Source: Dendrobates tinctorius | Taxonomy: Eukaryota | Assembly: GCF_039654945.1 (NCBI RefSeq) | Contig: NW_027361722.1 | Coordinates: 17,298,001 to 17,362,000 of the forward strand | Length of the DNA stretch: 64,000 nt | Reading direction: 5' to 3' | Shown here: piece after piece, positions 34,946 to 47,757 of the stretch | Layout of the letters: every line of letters starts with the position of its first letter | How positions within the stretch are numbered: position 1 is the first letter of the stretch | Position numbers and translations under genes: made by a program | The notes under the pieces: model-generated | Told to the model about the DNA's origin: nothing | The model's input: the letters and a program-made list of their open reading frames with translations, nothing else | Databases searched by the model: none

Positions 34946-36181
34946 CCATCCAGTTCGTCCTTATGGGTCCAGCTGCCGCGAGTCCTTTCGTCTGTTCTGT
35001 AGTGGCACCTGGTGTTCATCGGGAGCCAATCTAACCTCACCATCAGAGGTTCAAGTGAACAGTCCGGTGCTCGTTACGCCCCTCCAGGCTCTCCGCGGTC
35101 CGAGGCACAGTGGTTCCAGAAGCCACGTCCGTGACACAGTGTAATATAATATGATGATTGCAATATATTAAGAGGATAAAAGCTTTCTTANNNNNNNNNN
35201 NNNNNNNNNNNNNNNNNNNNNNNNNNNNNNNNNNNNNNNNNNNNNNNNNNNNNNNNNNNNNNNNNNNNNNNNNNNNNNNNNNNNNNNNNNNNNNNNNNNN
35301 NNNNNNNNNNNNNNNNNNATTTTCTTTTTTTAGTATTACTGTGTGTGTAACTGTCTGATCTAAATCACATATCAGAATACATATTCCACATGGTGATGGC
35401 TGAAGCAGAAATAAAATCAAAATGGCAGAATCAATGATTTTTTAATAATTTTTGCCTCACCCCCAAAGAATGTATTAAAATGAGATCAGAAAGTCGTATG
35501 GACCCCAAACTGGTAATGATAAAATCTGCAGCTCGCACTTCAAAAGACAAGTCCTGACTCCTGATACATCTCCATTCAATGGTTTTAAATTTTGGAAGAT
35601 GAGGAGGAAAAATCCAGAGCGAAGATAAAGAGGAGCACATTGGAGCCGGCCCTGGAGGGTTGATGGGAGCTGTGTGCATGTAATCAGTCTGCGATTCATA
35701 TTCAGAAACAATGAATTCTTTATTAATAAACATATACAACAGAGGTTATCATGTGTGTATTCAAGTTCACGAGTCTGGGCCCAAACAATGCCCACGTCCC
35801 GTCACATTTCACATTCTGATACGGCCCGACATTGTGTGTTCTCATCAGGGCATTAATAATGAACGGCTTCCAGGGGTCACAAAACACATTGTGCATCCCA
35901 AACGCTTAATAACCTAGTTCCATATCTCAATGGGAGGGATCTGGAGCTACAGGCTCTGTCTGATATTACAGCTTCAACTGAAAGGGGATGAGCTGCAGTA
36001 CCAGACACCGCCTTTGAGCAGAAGTGGCGCTGTTTCTGATTTTTTTTTTTTAAAAGTTCCCTTTTTGCAAATTTTCAAACAATTCCTTTAAGGAATTGTC
36101 CAACTCTGAGAACATTTTTTTTTGTAATTTAAATGCATATATTTGGGGCTAAAGTTCATTTTTCCAATCCAGTTAAATTAA

Positions 36182-37959
36182 CCCCTCAGTGATAGAGCCA
36201 ATTTTGTACTTAGTGACCGGGCCAATTTTTACAATTCTGACCACTGTCACTTTATGAGGTTTTAGCTCTGGAACGCCTCCGTGGATCCTGGTGATTCTGA
36301 CATTGTTTTTTTGTGACATATTGTACTTATTGTCAGTGGTAAAATTTATTTGCTAGAACTTGTGTTTATTTATGAAAAAAATGGAAATTTGGCAAAAAAT
36401 CTTGAAAATTTAGCAATTATCAAACTTTTCATTTTTGTGCCCTTAAATCAGAGAGTCATATTGCACAAAATAGTTAATAAATAACATTTAAAACATGTTT
36501 ACTTTACATCAGCACAATTTTGGAAACATATTTTTTTTTGTTAGGAAGTTATAAGGGTTAAAAGTTGACCAGCGATTTCTCATTTTTACAACAAAATTTA
36601 CAAAACCATCTTTTTAGGGACCACATTACATTTGAAGTGAGTTTGGGGGGTCAATATAACACAAAATACCCAAAAGTGACACCATTCTAAAAACTGCACC
36701 CCTCAAAGTGCGCAAAACCACCACAAGAAGTTTATTAACCCTTCAGGTGCTTCACAAAAACTAAAGCAATGTGGAAAGAAAAAATGAACATTTTACTTGT
36801 TTCACAAAAAATTTACTGTGGAACCAAACTGCTATATTTTTATAAGGGTATCAGGAGAAAATGGACCACAAAATTTGTTGTGCATTTTCTCCTGAGTACG
36901 CCGATACCCCGTATGTGGGGAAAAAACACTGTTTGAGTGCATGAGCTCAGAAGGGAGGGAGCACCGTTTGACTTTTTGAACACAAAATTGGCTGGAATCA
37001 ATGGTGGCACCATGTCGTGTTTGGAGAGCCCCTGATGTGCCTAAACAGTGGAAACACCCCAATTCTAACTCCAACCTCAACACACCCCTAACCTTAATCT
37101 CAATCATAACCCTAACCAGAACCTCTAACCCCAAAACCCTAACCTCAACAGAACCCCAACCCTAACCCTAGCCCCAACCCTAACCCTAGCTCTAACCCTA
37201 GCCCCAACCCTAACCCTAGCTCTAACCCTAGCCCCAACCCTAACCCTAGCTCTAACCCTAATCCTAGCCAACAATAGCCCCAACCCTAACCCGAGCCCCA
37301 ACCCTAACCCTAGCTTTAACCCTAATCCTAGTCAACACTAGCCCCAACCCTAACCCCAACCCCAACCCTTACCCAAATGGAAAAAAATACTTTTTTTTAA
37401 TTTTATTATTTTTACCTAACTAAGGGGGTGATAAAGGGGGGTTTGATTTACTATTTTTTTTATTTTGATCACTGTGATAGGGTCTATCACAGTGATCAAA
37501 ATGAACCAATAGGAAAAATCTCCTATTGTTGCCGGGTGCCGGTTGGCAGATCTCAGCGGATGCACTGCACATGCGCCCACTAGAAGGCGCCAAGGACCAG
37601 GGGGACATAGTCGGAGGGACCGGGGAATGCCGGAGGTGCCAGAGGTACATGGGGGGCTCGGGTGACCCCATTTCTCTCTCCTCTGGTATGTGAGATCATA
37701 TCAGAGGAGAGAGAAATGAATGCAAAATCAGACTTTTCTTTGTGGATACCATTATTCGGTGAATAATGGCGATAGCAACACTGGGGACAGTAAAAACCAA
37801 CCCGAACCATATTCTTCGGGATCTCGGTAGCCGAGACCCCGGAGATTTTCGGACGCTGAGGGGCGCTATTCTCTTATTTCTCAGCACCGTTAAAAAGCAG
37901 CGCTGAGGAATAAGTACCCTTAACTGCCGTTGAAAGACGTATTGGCAGTCGTTAAGGGG
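36182..37959 (+). mobile_element. Non-autonomous piggyBac-like element (1.8 kb)
   Basis: TTAA|CCCCT..AGGGG|TTAA. Confidence 0.85.
37060..37375. repeat. Degenerate telomere-like (CCCTAA)n array with a 30-bp higher-order unit
   Basis: ccctagccccaaccctaaccctagctctaa repeated. Confidence 0.92.
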
Positions 37960-38932
37960 TTAAAAATGTTGCATTGTTGGCTTTTATGGGCTCTTTGTTT
38001 TTTGCATATTCAACTTTGATGTGGTCTATGGTCATAAATCAGCAGAAGTTAAAAGAGTTAAAAGAGATACAAACTCTCCCACTGGCCAGTGAAAAAGGAG
38101 TTCACTGATGGATTCTCGTTTAACTCATTCTACAGCCTGTGACACATAGAGGCTACAGAAGGTACAACGGTGCAAAATTCTGAATGGAACCCAAATATAA
38201 AAATTGATTTTAGATACAAATAGATGCATTTAAATAATATAAAAATGTTCTCAAAGATAAGACACAACCCTTTTAATGCATCCCATGAAATGTAATTCTG
38301 GTTGTTTGAGGGGTTTTGGGCACCAGAAGCCCTTCTTTTCTGGACTTGTTGAACCCCCCTCCCCTTCACCTTTTTGCACCATTAATCCTTAAACTGCAAA
38401 TTATTCATCTTGATATCTAATCTAATTGTCCTTAATATGGTCCTCTTGTGTTTACAGCTCCTATGCAGACCAATACGCCTCCAAGCGCCTGGATACATGG
38501 GTGGATCACTTGTCTACAGAATCAAGGTTTGTTTGTGGTCTACGCGAGGACAATTTTGATAATTTCCTAACGTTTTGCAATATGATGGAATATGATAACA
38601 AGGTTTCCCCATAGGTTCTTAATTCTGAGAACAAGGTTTCTATAATTACTGAGATTTCACTTTGTATCAGTCCATTCCAGATAGGACCTGGTTAATATGT
38701 AAACAAGCCCCGCCTCTGAGGTTCTGGTGATGGTCCTGAAGAAGGACATACACTCGAGCGGCCCCTAAGCAGCTTTCAGTGGGGATAAAGAGCTGACCAC
38801 GATGTCTGGGAAGGGAAAGGAAAGGCTACAAGGAGTTGTACACGTGAGACACCTGTTCAAGAAAAAGGGATAAAGAATTATTAGATCACATTTCTAGATT
38901 ACATTATGTCAACAATTTTTCACATTTTTTTC

Positions 38933-40066
38933 TAATAATAATAATAATAATAATTTTTATTTATATAGCGCCAACATATTCCGCAGCACTTTACAATTAA
39001 GCGGGGACATGTACAGACAATAAATTCAATACAAGTTAAGACAATTCAAACAATAACATTAGGAGTGAGGTCCCTGCTCGCAAGCTTACAATCTACAAGG
39101 AAATGGGGGGACACAGTAGGTGAAAAATGCTTGTTAATTCAGGTCTGGCAATTATAATAGGGATTTTCATATAAAGCTGCATGATCCGGTCATCAGCCCG
39201 TGTGTTTAAGTGCAATAGACAAGTATCAAGTGCAGTTATCATGTGCATGAAGGGTGTGGAGACAGATGAATAGTAGGGTGCAGATTCAGAATAATATTTG
39301 GAAGGAGGGAACAGGGCAAGGTTAGCTTGCTGGGTAGTTGATGTGGTAGGCTTGTTTGAAGAGATGGGTTTTCAAAGCGCGCTTGAATAGGTCAGGGCTA
39401 GGTATCAGTCTGATCGCCTGGGGAAGTGCATTCCAGAGAGCTGGAGCAGCACGAGAGAAGTCTTGGAGGCGGAGGTGCGAGGTTCGGATTACGGGGGATG
39501 TTAGTCTTAGGTCATTTGTAGAACGGAGGGCACGTGTAGGGCGATAGACAGAGATGAGAGAGGAGATATAAGGCGGTGCAGAACAGTGGAGAGCTTTGTG
39601 GGTGAGAGAGATGAGTTTATACTGGACCCTGTAGCGAATAGGTAGCCAGTGTAATGACTGGCACAAGATGGAGGCATCGGTGAAGCGGCTGGACAGAAAT
39701 ATGACCCTGGCTGCCGCATTCAAGATGGATTGGAGAGGAGAAAGTTTGGTAAGAGGGAGACCGATCAGAAGAGAGTTGCAGTAGTCCAGGCGAGAATGAA
39801 TAAGAGCGACAGTAAGAGTCTTAGCAGTTTCAAAGGTGAGAAAAGGTCGGATTCTGGAGATGTTTTTAAGATGCAGGTGACAAGAGCGACTGAGTGATCG
39901 GATGTACGGAGTAAAGGAAAGTTCAGTGTCGAATATGACCCCAAGACAGCGGGCATGCTGCTTGGGAGTTATGGTTGAACCCTCCAGGGTTATTTCGATG
40001 TTAGGTAGAGTGAGGTTAGTAGAGGGGAGAAACACAAGAAGTTCAGTTTTAGAGAGATTTAGTTTC
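38933..40066 (-). mobile_element. L2 LINE, 5'-truncated, young (ORF2 C-terminus 39322-40035 open)
   Basis: KLNLSKTELL..ARCLGVIFD..LIHSRLDYCNSLLIGLP..LHWLPI..FKRALKTHLF, then 3' UTR and (TTA)n tail. Confidence 0.95.
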
Positions 40067-40383
40067 TATTTTTTTTTTCTTTCAAAATGCATTTAGTTTT
40101 TCATTGAAGAGTCTTTCTCCTGATCTATTGTATTTGGACATAGAAGAATTTTCTTCTACTGTACATTTTTAGGCTCTGCATTTACACCATGGGTATAATT
40201 AGGGGGCCTCTTGGGGGATGTTCTAGGAGGCCGCCAGCATGCTTTACTGCCTTGGGTTTCATTAAAAATATTGCACAGTTTTGCTGTTACAGGAGCTTTG
40301 TTTCTATGCACATACAACTTTGCTATGATCTCTGGTCATAAATCAGCTAAGAGGAGCTCGGAAAAGGAGAGATAAAAGAGTTT

Positions 40384-40730
40384 GGGTGCTGTCGCATTGC
40401 GTTCTGTGTCCCCCACAAAACGGAGTCCAGGTGCATGCGCCGACAAGGCCATAGACTGTAAAGTTGACGGCAGAGAAAACGTGCGCTCTACCGTGCATCA
40501 TTTTCGGGAGTGTACGCTTACAGGAGGCGTAGACGTAGTTGACAGCGTCTGGGTGTCCGCCTTCTGTAGATGTACACTCCCAAAAAAAAGTGCACCGCAG
40601 TGTGCACGTGCACTCTGCCGTCAACTTTTCAGTCTATGACCCTGCCGGCGCATGCACCTGGACTCCGTTTTGTGGGGGATTTCAGATTTAAGCCCCGACG
40701 TGGAACACAGAACGCAATGTAGAAGCACCC
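40384..40730. mobile_element. Palindromic MITE (Harbinger-like)
   Basis: TIRs GGGTGCT..CATTGCGTTCTGTGT / ACACAGAACGCAATG..AGCACCC followed by TTA. Confidence 0.75.
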
Positions 40731-40809
40731 TTATAAAAACTCTGTCTGACCGGGCTCACTGACGGATCCTCAGTTAGTTGCAAGGAGTCTGATCTTATCA
40801 GACCAAATT

Positions 40810-41660
40810 CACATAGGTGGACACCACCGAGATTGGTAAGTAACAGGAAAAGAAGGGGGAAGGGAATGCGAATTTAAAATGTAACCTTTATTGATGTAAT
40901 TTAATATTTAGAATTTCAGTGACATGAATTAAAAGTATAAGCGTTATCCCCAAAATTAAGGGCTGGATTCCAATCTCATTATTAGGCGCTCATTGATCAT
41001 TGAGTAGAAAGATGTGTATCTTGCACCATTAACTAACTACACATCACACTGACGCGCGTCTGAATCCTTGTGGAATAGGATAGACACCCTGATGGTATAT
41101 TAGAGGGTTCTACAGGGTTAATTTGCCGTGTATATTGTGGTATGGAGCTGCTGATCATAGGGTTGAAAATCTAACATCAGCGCTGATGATCCCCGAATCA
41201 GTCAGCTATGATGTTCACTGAAGGATCATCAGCACTAAACCTCCGTTGCTATAGATTATGTGCGGCTTTGAACAGGAGCGGCTGGGTTAGGTGGGTTAGA
41301 TGACACCTGCCGCTCGGTTACATATGCGGTCAGGGGGAGAGGCAGCGTGCTCTCCAATCAAGCACACAGTCTCCCTTGGGGTCACAGCCTGCTTCTCTAC
41401 AGTTAGAGACCGTGCAGGCAGTTGGATCACGAACCACCATGCGGTCAGAGGGAGAGACAGCGTGCTGGTCAGTCAAGCACGCAGTCTACCTTGAAGTGGC
41501 CACCTGCATCTCATACGGTTAGAGACCATGCAGGGGTCAGGATTGTTTAGAGTGAGTAAATTGCAGCGTGCTAATGCTATTCTGAGATCATATTAATATC
41601 GGGACTACGTCCCTGACGCACGTTTCAAAGGGGAAACCGGCTTTCTCTAAGGGCGGGATC
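40810..41660 (-). mobile_element. Penelope-like non-autonomous remnant with a degenerate hammerhead
   Basis: Minus strand CCCT..GAAACGTGCGTCAGGG at 41611-41653; internal ~115-bp duplication 41320-41535; AATAAA on minus near 40890. Confidence 0.45.
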
Positions 41661-42912
41661 AGCCGCTTTTAGAGCCCTTCTCAGTTTGTTCATTTTGCAG
41701 CCGGCAACATTTTTATTGAAATCTAATTACAAAAAAATAATTTTTAGCCACAATTGCATGCACTTAAATAAGAAAATAAAATGATCCCCAACGGTAACCA
41801 ACCCCTAGGTCAAGACAAGGCACATTTTAAAGTTTTTTCATATGTGCAGTTTAAAGAGCTGAGAAAAAAATGAAACATTCACAGAGACTTAAAAAAGTGG
41901 AAAACAAAGGAATGGGGAAACGTTAATTAAACTTATGCAGCATCAATAAACTTGAAGCCGTGTTACTGTATAAATGATCCACTTATTTATAATGTTCAAC
42001 GTTTAAAAAAAAGGAAAATAATCAGAATCACAAAATCATTTCAGAATTAGATTTGTCCCTCTTTTATTTATTTAATAACGTAATTTACACTTTATTTACT
42101 GCATATTGACAACTAGAAACAAATCTTCAGAAAACATATTGTAGAACTGTGAAAAATTAAAAAAAAACAATCTAAACATAAGGGGGCAAAATGAAAAATG
42201 ATACTTCTTCTTAAAAGGATTATGCCATGAAGCCCATTTATCACTTATTAATACGATTATTTACTGCTTTAGATCAGATTGCATTGTTGCCAGCTCCTGC
42301 TGCTTTTCGGTATTTATTGCACATCCCCCTAGAGCAGCTTTACGGAAAAAAAGAAAACATTTGCTGCGTTCAGCAAATCAGAAAAGGCCGGGCGGCAGTG
42401 TTTATACAGAGGAGTTAATGGATGTGAGGACAGACATTTAATAGCAAGCCGTCAGAAGAGAACGATCAGCAGATTATAGCATAGGAGGTATTCTCATGAT
42501 ATTAAATGGCAACTAGTTGACTAGTTTTCTTCTATTTGCTGTAGATCTCCTGCAATGACAGGTTTTATCTTATATATTGTACAGCTTGTTTCCAAGGAGA
42601 TCGGCTACCAGAGCCTGGCCGAGTGTGGCAGTTGTTACATTCCGGGAGAGGAGTCAACTCCTAACATCCCAGACAGCCCTCTCCAGCCCACTGATTTTTA
42701 TACAGCAGTTAGTTGCTCACCAGCCTCTCCTTCCAGCTGCTGACAAGACTCTTATCAGTACTTTAGAATCACAATGGCCTAGAACCCGCTATCAGCAGTT
42801 TCCAGAGCAGTTCTCCTAATCACAGCTCTCATTTTCTTGAGCTGTGTGCTTAATTAAAGTCTATGTTATCTCTATACACAGTATAAATATATAGATGAAC
42901 AGTGTAGAATAA

Positions 42913-43229
42913 AGCCCCCATACACATTAGACTAATCAACAGGTTTGGCCAACAGCCGTGGACACCAACTGACTGCCAGGGTCACCAGGCGACTGATGTT
43001 GACGAGAGATGTCAATGGCGCATGTCTGATTTTATGCTGCCAATCACATTGTTCTCCCGGAGAAAAGCTGCCGACTGATGTGTCAGTTGGTGGCTTTCTC
43101 ATAAAGAACACAGGAGCACCCAGCCGAGTGAGCGCTCCTGTGTATGGATGAGGAGGACAAGATGGCAGTGGCCAAACAATTGGCCAAAGCATCGTTCAGC
43201 CAAAATCCATGTAATGTGTGTGGCCTGCC
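42913..43229. mobile_element. MITE with TAA TSD
   Basis: AGCCCCCATACACATTA..TAATGTGTGTGGCCTGCC; related copy at ~47889-48208. Confidence 0.65.
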
Positions 43230-43304
43230 TAAAAACAGAAACTCATAGATTTTAAATGTGTAGTAGCATAATGACGCGCTCTCCAGAACTGAATCTCCAA
43301 GTGT

Positions 43305-45119
43305 TTCTCCCAGTAACTTAGGCTGTATGTCAGCTTTGTGTGTTTTTTTCCCAGTAAAATAGGCTGGATGTGAGGTCTTTGCATCTCTCCCTGTAATGCA
43401 GGCTGGATATGAGGTCCGTGTATCTCTCCCAGTAATATAGGCTGGATGAGAGGTCTATGTGTTTCTCCCAGTAATATAGGCTGGATGTGAGGTCTGTGTG
43501 TCTCTCCCAGTAATATAGGCTGGATGTGAGGTCTATGTGTCTCTACCAGTAATATAGACTGGATGTGAGCTCTGTGTGTCTCTACCAGTAATATAGACTG
43601 GATGTGAGCTTTGTGTGTCTCTCCCAGTAATATAGGCTGGATGTGAGGTCTGTGTGTCTCTCCCAGTAATATAGGCTGGATGTGAGCTCTGTGTGTCTCT
43701 CCCAGTAATATAGGGTGGATGTGAGGTCTGTGTGTCTCTCCCATGAATATAGGCTGGATGTGAGGTCTGTGTGTCTCTCCCAGTAATATAGACTGGATGT
43801 GAGCTCTGTGTGTCTCTCCCAGTAATATAGGCTGGATGTGAGCTCTGTGTGTCTCTCCCAGTAATATAGACTGGATGTGAGGTCTGTGTGTCTCCCAGTA
43901 ATATAGGCTGAATGTGAGGTCTGTGTGTCTCTCCCAGTAATATAGGCTGGATGTGAGCTCTGTGTGTCTCTCCCAGTAATATAGGCTGGATGTGAGATTT
44001 GTGTGTCTCCCAGTAATATAGGTTGGATGTGAGGTCTGTGTGTCTCGCCCAGTAATATAGGCTGGATGTGAGCTGAGTATCTCTTCCAGTAATATAGGCT
44101 GGATGTGAGGTCTATGTGTCTCTCCCAGTAATATAGGCTGGATGTGAGCTCTGTGTGTCTCTCCCAGTAATAAAGGTTGGATGTGAGCTCTGTGTGTCTC
44201 TCCCAGTAATATAGGCTGGATGTGAGGTCTGTGTGTCTCTCCCAGTAATATAGGCTGGATGTGAGGTCTGTGTGTCTCTCCCAGTAATATAGGCTGGATA
44301 TGAGGTCTGTGTGTCTCTCCCGGTAATATAGGCTGGATGTGAGCTGTGTGTGTCTCTCCCAGTAATATAGGCTGATGTGAGCTCTGTGTGTCTCCCGGTA
44401 ATATAGGCTGGATGTGAGCTCTGTGTGTCTCCTGGTAATATAGGCTGGATGTGAGCTGTGTGTGTCTCTCCCAGTAATATAGGCTGGATGTGAGCTCTGT
44501 GTGTCTCCTGGTAATATAGGCTGGATGTGAGCTGTGTGTGTCTCTCCCAGTAATATAGGCTGATGTGAGCTCTGTGTGTCTCCCAGTAATATAGGCTGGA
44601 TGTGAGGTCTGTGCGTCTCTCCCGGTAATATAGGCTGGATGTGAGGTCTGTGTGTCTCTCCCAGTAATATAAGCTGGATGTGAGCTGTGTGTGTCTCTCC
44701 CAGTAATATAGGCTGATGTGAGCTCTGTGTGTCTCCCGGTAATATAGGCTGGATGTGAGCTCTGTGTGTCTCCTGGTAATATAGGCTGGATGTGAGCTGT
44801 GTGTGTCTCTCCCAGTAATATAGGCTGATGTGAGCTCTGTGTGTCTCCCAGTAATATAGGCTGGATGTGAGCTCTGTGTGTCTCTCCCAGTAATATAGGC
44901 TGGATGTGAGGTCTGTGTGTCTCTCCCAATAATATAGACTGGATGTGAGCTCTGTGTGTCTCTCCCAGTAATAAAGGTTGGATGTGAGATTTGTGTGTCT
45001 CCCAGTAATATAGGTTGGATGTGAGGTCTGTGTGTCTCTCCCAGTAATATAGGCTGGATGTGAGCTGTGTATCTCTTCCAGTAATATAGGCTGGATGTGA
45101 GCTCTGTGTGTCTCTCCCA
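43305..45119. repeat. 39-bp minisatellite (roughly 47 copies, with 36-38 bp variants)
   Basis: Unit tctctcccagtaatataggctggatgtgaggtctgtgtg. Confidence 0.98.
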
Positions 45120-45520
45120 TCTATGTCAATCAAAGGTGAACCATGTAATACACCCAGACATTCATATTATTTAAGCCATTAATGCTGTATAGTGGTCAGT
45201 CATTTAAGTGATCGTGCTTACATTGAGGAAAGAAAGAGATAAATTAATGAGATCTGTCATAAAAAAAATTACAAAATTCAGCAACCAAAGTGAGCGACCT
45301 GTGGGGCCTGAAAGTGGCAAATAAATAAGTTGGTGCTACAAAATCCTGTGATTTCACAATGATGTCACCGGCCTGGTATTGTATTTGGGGGAGAAGTAGA
45401 AGCTGGAGAACGTGACTTATGTCCTTCAGGAATTATTAGTAGTCAATAGATCACTGATACAAATTCCAGAGAAATGGTGAAAGTGAACAGATAATATAAT
45501 CTCATCTACATCCAATTTAA

Positions 45521-46756
45521 CCGCTTCATGACCGGAGGTATTGTCGGTTTTGTGTATTCGTTTTTTGCTCCCCTTCTTCCCAGAGCCATAACTTTTTTAT
45601 TTTTCGTTAATATGGCCGTGTGAGGACTTGTTTTTTTGCAGGATGAGTTGTACTTTTGAACGACACCATTGATTTTAACATATCATGTACTGGAAACCGG
45701 GAAAAGAAATCCAAAGTGTGGTGAAATTGCAAAAAAGTGCAATCTCACAGTTGTTTTTTGTTTTGGCTTTTTTGCTAGGTTCACTAAATGCTAAAACCGA
45801 CCCGCCATTATGATTCTCCAGGTCGTTACGAGTTCATAGACACCAAACATGTCTAGGTTCTTTTTTACCTAAGTGGTGGAAAAAAAATCCAAACTTTGTT
45901 TAAAAAAAAAATTGCACCATTTTCCGATACCCGTAGTGTCTCCATTTTTCGTGATCTCGGGTTGGGTGAGGGCTTATTTTTTGCGCACTGAGCTGATGTT
46001 TTTAATGATACCATTTTGTTGCAGATACGATCTTTTGATCGCCCATTATTGCATTTAATGCAATGTCGCAGCGATAAAGAAACTTAATTCTTCGTTTCTG
46101 ACTTGTTTTCTCGCTACGCCATTTAGCGATCAGGTTAATCCTTTTTTTATTGATAGATCGGGCGATTCTGAACTCGGTGATGCCTAATATGTGAATGTAT
46201 GATTTTTTTTAATGTTTTATTTTGAATGGGGCAAAAGGGGGATGATTTGAACTTTTACTTATTTTCTTTTTTTTTAATATTTTTAAAAACATTCTTTTAA
46301 CTCTTGGCATGCTTCAATAGTTAGCATGGGAGACTAGAAGCTGCCATAACCCGATCGACACTGCTACATAAAGGCGATGGTCAGACCACCTGTATGTAGC
46401 AGAATTACTGACTTGCTATGAACGTTGACCACCAGGCAGCACTCGTACCAATCCAGCAGTGACAATCATAGAGGGCTGCAGGAGACCTCTGGTTATCATG
46501 CAAACCCATCGATGACCCGCGATCACAAGACAGGGGTCACTGATAAGCGGATTTCCGGCGCGACTGCCGGAAGCGCATGTTAAATGCTTTAATAGTCGCG
46601 GGTGGATCGCGATTCCACCCGCAGCTATTGTAGGCACATGTCAGCTGATCAAAACAGCTGACATGTGAAGGGAAAGATGTGGGCTCACCGCTGGAGCCCC
46701 CTCAAAGGGAGGGTGTTCGACATCAGTGTACTATTACGCCCGATGTCGGAAAGGAA
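45521..46756 (+). mobile_element. Non-autonomous piggyBac-like element
   Basis: TTAA at both ends, collinear with 23786-24736. Confidence 0.8.
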
Positions 46757-46796
46757 TTAAGGAAAAAAAAATTATTACAAAATAAAGTAAATAATA

Positions 46797-47757
46797 CCGT
46801 ATTTTTCGCATCATAAGATGCACTTTTTCCCCAAAAAATTTTGGAGGAAAATGGGGGGTACGCCTTATGGTGCGAACACAGGCTTACCAGGGGGGTTGGG
46901 GCATCAGAACCAGCGGTGGCAGAGATGTGGCAAAGCTGCGGCGGTGGGTGGTGTGGAGTGCACCTGAGCAGGGTCCCTTCCTCAGGATGCCGGAGCAGGA
47001 ATGTGTCCACACTGCTGTCCGGTGTCCACGGTGAGTGAATCACCAGTTTCCCTGCGGCCATCTTCCTGAAGCCGTGGGCCACCGGAGGATTCAGGAAAAT
47101 GGCCGCCCGAGGCCGCGCGCGCGCAGATTGAAATCTCGGATTCAGGAAAATGGCCGCCAAGATCTCAATCTGCGCACGCGTGGCATCCAGCGGCCATTTT
47201 CCTGAAGACACCAGACAGCAGCGTGGACATATTCCTGCCGCTGGTATCCTAAGGAAGGAACCCTGCTCCGGTGCTCTGCCTCACCACCGACACCCAACCC
47301 GCAGCATCGCACCCCGGGACTGCACCATTGCCCCACTTCTGCCGCCGCTGGCTTCCTGAGTAAGGGACCATGCCTCCTGTGACCCCGCTGTACCACCACT
47401 GGCCCTCAAGTAAGATACCTTAAATTCGGACAATAAGGGCTCAAACTCACTTGCGAGAGACTTGCACGGTTCTCGCACGAGTCTCTCGCATGAAAACCTG
47501 GCACTGCCGCCGACACTCGGATCGAAGCATGCGTTTACATGTATTTCCATGCAGCTGCATGCTCCGGTCCCAATGCCGGCAGTAGTGCCAGGTTTTAATG
47601 CGAGAGACTCGCATGAGAGTCGTGCGAGTCTCTTGCAAGTGAGTATAAGCCCTAAGATGGATCCCCGTCTCATAAAAATCTTTTTTCTGCTATTTTCCAC
47701 CCCAAACTTTGGGGTGCATCTTATGGTCAAGTGCTTCTTATAGTCCAAAAATTACGG
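46797..47757. mobile_element. Tc1/mariner-superfamily (Tc2/pogo-like) MITE with TA TSD
   Basis: TA|CCGTATTTTTCG..CAAAAATTACGG|TA. Confidence 0.8.
47437..47652. mobile_element. Harbinger-type MITE nested in the previous element
   Basis: TAA TSDs, TIR GGGCT..ACTCACTTGC, fold-back structure. Confidence 0.85.

Larger units (their letters stand above)
33529..35136 (+). mobile_element. Probable Gypsy-type solo LTR hosting a second solo LTR
   Basis: Ends ..CCGTGACA, TATA-like TATATA near 34592, internal 26-bp repeats; left end and TSD not clear. Confidence 0.45.
36090..38272. mobile_element. TTAA-flanked T2/Kolobok-like MITE split by a piggyBac-like insertion
   Basis: Inverted ends ttaaggaattgtc..gagaacatttt..tttaaatgcat and atgcatttaaa..aaaatgttctc..gacacaacccttttaa. 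Confidence 0.6.

Noticed and set aside
37060-37375. True telomere or chromosome fusion site
   Set aside because: Degenerate, single orientation, and enclosed by transposon ends with TTAA TSDs
38735-38760. CTGAAGA hammerhead-like start
   Set aside because: No GAAA box or helix III follows
43229-45133. 634-aa and 512-aa ORFs
   Set aside because: Translations of a stop-poor 39-bp minisatellite; no domain, splice or promoter support
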